DNA of 64,000 bases from Nannocystis bainbridge. Its GTDB lineage: Bacteria; Myxococcota_A; Polyangia; Nannocystales; Nannocystaceae. The stretch lies in the NCBI RefSeq assembly GCF_028368995.1, contig NZ_JAQNDL010000003.1, positions 224,001-288,000 on the forward strand, written 5' to 3'. Within the stretch, counting starts at the first letter, position 1, and every line of letters starts with the position of its first letter. The notes beneath the pieces are model-generated. The model was not told the DNA's origin. It did no database searches and saw only the letters and a list, made by a program, of their open reading frames with translations. Of this stretch, positions 58,453-64,000 are shown one piece after another. Both the position numbers and the translations under genes were made by a program.

Positions 58453-60741
58453 TCAGTTGATCTTGATCAGCGCGCCCGAGATCGTGTGCATCCCGATCGC
58501 CGAGCTCGTGATCTTCGGCCCCGAGATCGTTACGCCGTCGGCCTTGATCGTGATCGCGCTCGCGCCGACCTGCAGCGTGATCTCCTCGGCGCCGGTCAGC
58601 ACGATCTTCTTGCCCTGGACGTCGACCGTCTCGCTGCCCACGGAGATGGTGTTGACCGCGAGGATGTTGACAGCGTCGCTCGACGCCAGCGTCGCCTTCT
58701 CCTTGCTGCCCATCGTCAGCGTCGAGGTCGCCGACACCAGCGCCACCTCCTTCTTGCCGGACAGGCTCAGCCTGGCCGTCTGCGACGCCAGTGCCACGTC
58801 CTGCAGCGCCGTCAGGCTCATCGTCCGGGTCTTCGCCGTGATCGCCACCGCGGCCTGGGCCGTCGCCGTCAGGTCGGCGGTCTCGGCGGTCAGGCTGATC
58901 CCCGTCTTCGCCGTCAGGCCGATGTTCGCCGTCTGCGACGTGCCCGTGATCGCCTGCTTGACCGTCATCGTGTGCGTCCCGGACTCGACGGTGAGCGAGC
59001 TGTCGCCGGACTTCACCGTCACGCTGCGGTCTTGCTCGATCGTCGTCGTGCTCTTACCGGTGCTCACCGTCAGCGACTCGTCGCCCTCCGTCACCGTCAC
59101 GCTGCGGTCGCCGGTGATCGTGAACGTCTGGTTGCCGCCGACCGTGAACGTCTGATCGACCGTCACCGCGCGGCTGTTGTTGTTCAGCACGACCTCGTTG
59201 AGGTCCTTCTGCGCGTGGAAGAACACCTCCTCGGAGCCCTTGCGGTCCTCGAAGCGCAGCTCGTTGAAGCCGCCGCCGCCGGGCGAGCTCTCGGACTTGA
59301 TGGTGCTCTTGGTCTTCTCGTCGGGCAGCGGGTACGGGGTCGCGTTCTCGCCGTGGTACACGCGGCCGGTGACGATCGGCCGATCGGGGTCGCCCTCGAT
59401 GAAGTCGACCAGCACCTCGTGGCCGATCCGCGGGATGAACATCGCCCCCCAGCCCGCACCCGCCCAGCTCTGCGACACCCGCACCCAGCACGACGAGCGC
59501 TCGTCGTGCTGGCCCTGGCGATCCCAGTGGAACTGGACCAGCACACGGCCGTGCTCGTCGACGTGGATCTCCTCGCCCGCCGGACCGACCACCGTCGCCG
59601 ACTGCACGCCGCGCACGACCGGCCGCGGCGTCATCCGGGGCGGCCGCAGCGGCACCTGCTTGTCGACGCACACGAACTGGTTGCCGTAGTGGAACGAGCC
59701 CTCGGCCGCGTCCTCGTCGAGCGCCTGCGTCTGCGTGCCCTGGTGCGTCACCTGCATGAGCACGCGCGGGCCGTTGAGATCGGCGCGCCGGTGCCCCTCG
59801 ACCGCGAACACGTGACCCGGCACCAGGCGCATGCAGTCGCTCGCGCCCGACGCCTGGCGCCGCATCAACTGCAGCTCCTCGAGCCGGATCTTCGCCAACG
59901 CCTGGCCCTGGTGCGGCCCGCCGGCGCTCGGGTCCTGGAACTCGCCGGGATAGTCGTAGACCTCGAGGTCGACGTCCCGCTTGCCGCTCGCGTCGGCCTC
60001 GGTCTTCTGCGTCGGCTTGTGGAAGTTGAAGTCGCGCAGCGACACCTTGCCGGGCCGCACACGCTCGACCAGCCGCAACCCGCTGACGTGTTCGCGGTCG
60101 CGCAGCTCGCCGCTCTCGTGGTTCCACACCGCCGTCTCGCCGACGATCGGCGGGTGCGCCTGCGCGTGATCGGTGAGCACCATCGTCGCCCGCGACTCGC
60201 GGTGCTCGAAGAAATAGTGGATCCCGTCCTCCTCGAGCAGCCGACAGACGAACGCCAGGTCGCTCTCGCGGTACTGCACGCAGTAATTACGCGGCCCGTA
60301 GGCCGCAGCGAGCTCGAAGCGAAAGTCCTCGCGGCCGAGCCCGGCATCCTTGAACACCGCGGCGACCACCTCGGCCGTGGTCTTGTTCTGGAAGATCCGC
60401 GACCCCTGCCGGTGCAGCAGCCGCCACACCCGCGGCACCAGCACCAGCTCGTAGAGCTGATAGCGCCGTGAATCGCCGATGTACTCGACGCTGGCGATCT
60501 CGCCGTGGATCAGGCGCGGCGGCCCCAGCCCGTCGAGCTGCAGCGTCGCCGCCTTGCCGATCATCTGGGCGAGATCGAGCTCACCGCCGGCGAACTCGAC
60601 CGTGAATTCATAAAGCTCGCTGACGGCCTCGCGTCCGCTGAACCGGACCACCCGCGGCAGCTCGGCGACCCCGTCGACGACCAACGAGAACGGGGCTCGA
60701 CCGCCGAGCAGCGTCGAAACGACGTTGGACACGCTATTCAC
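58453..60741 (-). CDS. vgrG: Type VI secretion spike protein VgrG
   Basis: FSGREAVSELYEF, YCVQYRESDLAFVCRLLEEDGI, SSCWVRVSQSWAG, PRIGHEVLVDF, NELRFED, gp5-like beta-helix C-terminus. Confidence 0.96.
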   Translation of the reverse strand: MNSVSNVVSTLLGGRAPFSLVVDGVAELPRVVRFSGREAVSELYEFTVEFAGGELDLAQMIGKAATLQLDGLGPPRLIHGEIASVEYIGDSRRYQLYELVLVPRVWRLLHRQGSRIFQNKTTAEVVAAVFKDAGLGREDFRFELAAAYGPRNYCVQYRESDLAFVCRLLEEDGIHYFFEHRESRATMVLTDHAQAHPPIVGETAVWNHESGELRDREHVSGLRLVERVRPGKVSLRDFNFHKPTQKTEADASGKRDVDLEVYDYPGEFQDPSAGGPHQGQALAKIRLEELQLMRRQASGASDCMRLVPGHVFAVEGHRRADLNGPRVLMQVTHQGTQTQALDEDAAEGSFHYGNQFVCVDKQVPLRPPRMTPRPVVRGVQSATVVGPAGEEIHVDEHGRVLVQFHWDRQGQHDERSSCWVRVSQSWAGAGWGAMFIPRIGHEVLVDFIEGDPDRPIVTGRVYHGENATPYPLPDEKTKSTIKSESSPGGGGFNELRFEDRKGSEEVFFHAQKDLNEVVLNNNSRAVTVDQTFTVGGNQTFTITGDRSVTVTEGDESLTVSTGKSTTTIEQDRSVTVKSGDSSLTVESGTHTMTVKQAITGTSQTANIGLTAKTGISLTAETADLTATAQAAVAITAKTRTMSLTALQDVALASQTARLSLSGKKEVALVSATSTLTMGSKEKATLASSDAVNILAVNTISVGSETVDVQGKKIVLTGAEEITLQVGASAITIKADGVTISGPKITSSAIGMHTISGALIKIN

Positions 60742-61421
60742 GGCGAATACCCCTACCGCGCATCATGCTTCGGCCTTCGACCCCATCGAACTCTTTTAAG
60801 AAGATACGCCCGGACGGACCGGGAATGCAACGAGTTTGCGGCGACGAAACGACGATTTGCGGAAAGCATGGAGGACCCCAACGAGAGTTGGGTAGCGCAT
60901 GAGCGCGCACGCCCGACTCGCAATGCCTGTACGAGCGCGTGCGAGCATGCGATCCGCGGTCCCCGCCGGCGAGATGCGTCGTGAGCGAGACCGCCCGCCG
61001 CCCCCGCGTGCCCCTCGCCGCAGCCCCGACAAGGATCGCGGCTGAGCCGCCGCCGTGCAGTCCCGATGCTTTGAGGGTCGCACGGCGACTCCCTGCAATC
61101 GCCCATCGCAATGGCCTGATCGTCACTGCGACGATTGCATCGATTCGTCCGATGAGCAGGGGCAATCCATGGCATTTCGCACCGTACGCCCAGCCCCTCA
61201 TCGCCCGCACCGAGACCACGCTCCCAGGGACACGGATCGTCGCCGAGCGGTTCGGCAACCTCAAGAGCTACCCGGACCCCGGACCCCGGACCGCCCCGGA
61301 CCCGCGAGGCGAGGCCTCCTCGCCGCATATCCGGAGATCCCCGCAGACTTCACGGCGACCCTCGTGGCGCTCGCGAATCAGTCCACGGTTGCGTGCCTCG
61401 GCGAGGCTGGCGTACGTTCGC

Positions 61422-62513
61422 ATGATGCGAAAGCTCTGGACTCCTCTGCTCTGTATCCTCGCCTGCGGCGGTGAGGAGCCCGCCGCCAGCGACGGGACCT
61501 CCACCGGCTCCACCGCCACCACCACGACCTCCGGCACGGCCGCGACCACGACCGAAGGCCCCACCACCCCCACCTCGACCAGCACCACCGCTCCGGAGCC
61601 GCTCACGACGACCAGCACCACCGCTCCGGAGCCGCTCACGACGACCAGCTCCACCTCGACGACCGACGGCTCCACCACCGCCGACACCACCACCGGCGTG
61701 CAGGAGTGCGTCGGCGAGCTCCCGGCCCACTGGATCGACGGGACCGACTGCGGCAGCGAGACGCAGGTCCAGATCCATCAATACTCCGCCGACACCTGGA
61801 TCCTCCGCCAGTCGCTGTGCACCAGCTTCGAGGGCCCCTTCATGATGCTGCTGTTCGGCTCGGAGCGCGCGCTCCTGCTCGACACCGGCGACGGCGACAT
61901 CCCGATCGACGACATCGTCCACGACCTCGTCGACGACTGGTCCCAGGCCCACGGCGGCGCCCCGATCGAGCTCATCGTCGGCAACACCCACGCCCACGGC
62001 GACCACGTCGCCGGCAACAACAGCTTCGTCGGCGACGCCGGCACCACGATCATCGGCATCGGCGAGGCCGCCGTCCGCCAGTTCTTCGGCATCGACGGCT
62101 GGCCCGAGCAGATCGTCCAGTACGACCTCGGCGGTCGCGTCCTCGACATCGTCCCGCTGCCCGGCCACGAGAAGGCCCATATCGCCGTCTACGACCCCGC
62201 CACCGGCGTCGTCTTCACCGGCGACACCCTCTACCCCGGCCGCCTCTACATCGCGGACTTCCCGACCTACGTCGCCAGCGTCGGCCGCCTCGTCGACCAC
62301 CTCGCCGACAAGGAGGTCTGCCGCGTCCTCGGCGCTCACATCGAAATGACCAACACCCCCGGCGAGGACTTCGATTTCATGCAGCCCTCACACCCCGACG
62401 AGCACCCGCTCGAGCTCGACCTGGCCCACCTGATCGAGCTGCGCGACGCCGTCGAGGCCATGCAGGAACCGATGATCGAGGTCCACGACGACTTCATCGT
62501 CTACCCGCTGTGA
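61422..62513 (+). CDS. Metallo-beta-lactamase-fold hydrolase lipoprotein
   Basis: ILAC lipobox; THAHGDH, PGHE, FTGDTLY, GAH; duplicated TSTTAPEPLTT linker. Confidence 0.88.
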   Translation: MMRKLWTPLLCILACGGEEPAASDGTSTGSTATTTTSGTAATTTEGPTTPTSTSTTAPEPLTTTSTTAPEPLTTTSSTSTTDGSTTADTTTGVQECVGELPAHWIDGTDCGSETQVQIHQYSADTWILRQSLCTSFEGPFMMLLFGSERALLLDTGDGDIPIDDIVHDLVDDWSQAHGGAPIELIVGNTHAHGDHVAGNNSFVGDAGTTIIGIGEAAVRQFFGIDGWPEQIVQYDLGGRVLDIVPLPGHEKAHIAVYDPATGVVFTGDTLYPGRLYIADFPTYVASVGRLVDHLADKEVCRVLGAHIEMTNTPGEDFDFMQPSHPDEHPLELDLAHLIELRDAVEAMQEPMIEVHDDFIVYPL

Positions 62514-62613
62514 GCCGCGAAAATCGATAGACGACGCCGCGTGATCCTCCCTCGCGGCCGAAGCGACGAGGCAGTGTTTCGCGGCGGAGTCGTATCGACG
62601 CTCGGCCCGCGAA

Positions 62614-64000
62614 TCACTGCGGCGGGATGCACACCTCGCCGCCCGCGGCGATCTGCGCCTGCGTGCGGTAAGTGTTGAGCTTCTCCCAGTGCGGCGGCTC
62701 GAATTGCGGGATGGTCCCGTCCTCGCGCACATTGGTCACGTGGTAGGTGTGCTGATTCCAGATCCGCCGCCCCTGGACCCACCGGTCCTGGACATCGCGC
62801 ACCGCCTGGACCGTGAACGGCACCACCCCGCCGTTGAGCAGCGTGTTCGACACCACCAGGATCTCCGACGAACCGTCGTTGTCGATGTCGGCGACCACCG
62901 GATACTCGATGATCGTGCCCGACAGGTGCGGCGTATCCATCAACGGCGAGCCCATCTCGTCGAACACCCACACCGTGTGCTCGTCGGCGTAGATCGCCTG
63001 GGCCTTGCCGCCGCCGATGAAGTCGAACGCCGTGCCGCCGGCCTGGCCGCTCTGATCGATCACCATCGCCTGCCACAGCAGCGACTGGTCGGTCTCGTAG
63101 ACCCCGTAGAAGTTGGGCGCGCTGATCCCGAACTCGGGCTGGCCGTCGCCGTCGAGGTCGTGGATGTTGATCGGGCGGCTCAGGTCGTTCTGGCCGTTGG
63201 GCGTGAAGCTCCACGTCAGCGTCCCGTCGTGCTGGCGCAGCTCGATCTTGTTGTCGAGCGCGAGCAGGACCTCCGGCTGCGGGTCACCGTCGAGGTTGGC
63301 GACCTGCGGGAAGATCCACCCGAACTGATTGGTGTCGTACCACGTGCTGCCGTCGGCCCGGAACGCCGCGCCGCCGACCAGCACCTCGAGGCCCGGCTGG
63401 CCGTCGAGGTCGGCCACCGCCGACGCGTTGTACGACGAATCGTTGCCGCGGCTCCACACCTCGATACCGTTGTGGTCATACAATTTGCCGCCGGCGATGA
63501 TCTCGACGTCGCCGTCCTGATCGATGTCGGCCAGCGCGATCGCCCCCGACTGCGCCCCGCCCCAGTTGGTGTTGCTCTTCCACTTGACCTGGCCGTCGTG
63601 CTCGAACGCGATGAGGCGCCCACCAGCGCCCGGCTCCATGGCGACGATCTCGGCGATGCCGTCGCCGTCGATGTCGCCGGCCGCCGGCGTGCCGCCGAAC
63701 TGCACCAGCTCCGACGCGTAGAAGTGGACCGCCCCGGTCGCGCCGTCGAGCACGTAGAGCCGCGACGGCGGCACGTCCGAGAGCTGGTCCGGGCCGGCGA
63801 CGACCACCACGTCGGGGATGTCGCAAAGATCGATCTCACCGTCGCCGTTGTCGTCGGTCAGGTTGATGACGAGCGGCATGACGATGCAGTTCTCGAACCC
63901 CGGCGGGCCGGTGAACGTCCACTGCGCCTCGGGCTCGAACGCATCCGGCGGGGCCTTGTCGGTGCAATCACCGATCGCATCCATGTCGTCGACGACCTTG
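62614..64000 (-). CDS. FG-GAP/VCBS repeat protein, C-terminal part (starts beyond the window)
   Basis: Repeated D(L/I)DGDG.PE(I/V) motifs; R.IWNQHTYHVTNV C-terminal motif. Confidence 0.85.
   Translation of the reverse strand, partial: KVVDDMDAIGDCTDKAPPDAFEPEAQWTFTGPPGFENCIVMPLVINLTDDNGDGEIDLCDIPDVVVVAGPDQLSDVPPSRLYVLDGATGAVHFYASELVQFGGTPAAGDIDGDGIAEIVAMEPGAGGRLIAFEHDGQVKWKSNTNWGGAQSGAIALADIDQDGDVEIIAGGKLYDHNGIEVWSRGNDSSYNASAVADLDGQPGLEVLVGGAAFRADGSTWYDTNQFGWIFPQVANLDGDPQPEVLLALDNKIELRQHDGTLTWSFTPNGQNDLSRPINIHDLDGDGQPEFGISAPNFYGVYETDQSLLWQAMVIDQSGQAGGTAFDFIGGGKAQAIYADEHTVWVFDEMGSPLMDTPHLSGTIIEYPVVADIDNDGSSEILVVSNTLLNGGVVPFTVQAVRDVQDRWVQGRRIWNQHTYHVTNVREDGTIPQFEPPHWEKLNTYRTQAQIAAGGEVCIPPQ

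Overview
Very GC-rich bacterial DNA, most likely from a myxobacterium of the Nannocystis/Plesiocystis type. This is inferred from the many Thr-rich lipoproteins, MYXO-CTERM tails, Hanks-type kinases and an extended ECF sigma factor. Contents in order: secreted and lipoproteins; a PAS histidine kinase / Rcp1-like regulator / hybrid kinase operon; a compact terpenoid locus (P450, HAD phosphatase, DxDD class II terpene cyclase); a DUF899 / HTH regulator / beta-propeller module; a run of lipoproteins and surface hydrolases; MscS; a double-kinase hybrid sensor; EamA; an ECF sigma factor with a transmembrane extension; a cluster of atypical Ser/Thr-type kinases; and an orphan VgrG-TPR-PAAR-Rhs-immunity toxin cassette. 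The strongest unexplained signal is a 14-bp palindrome (TGYCY-N4-RGRCA, e.g. TGTCC-N4-GGACA). It forms exact 14-bp-period tandem arrays in intergenic regions and also occurs inside genes, where it coincides with rare codons. No rRNA, tRNA, CRISPR array or transposase was recognised. Product calls come from motif reading only; no database searches were run.
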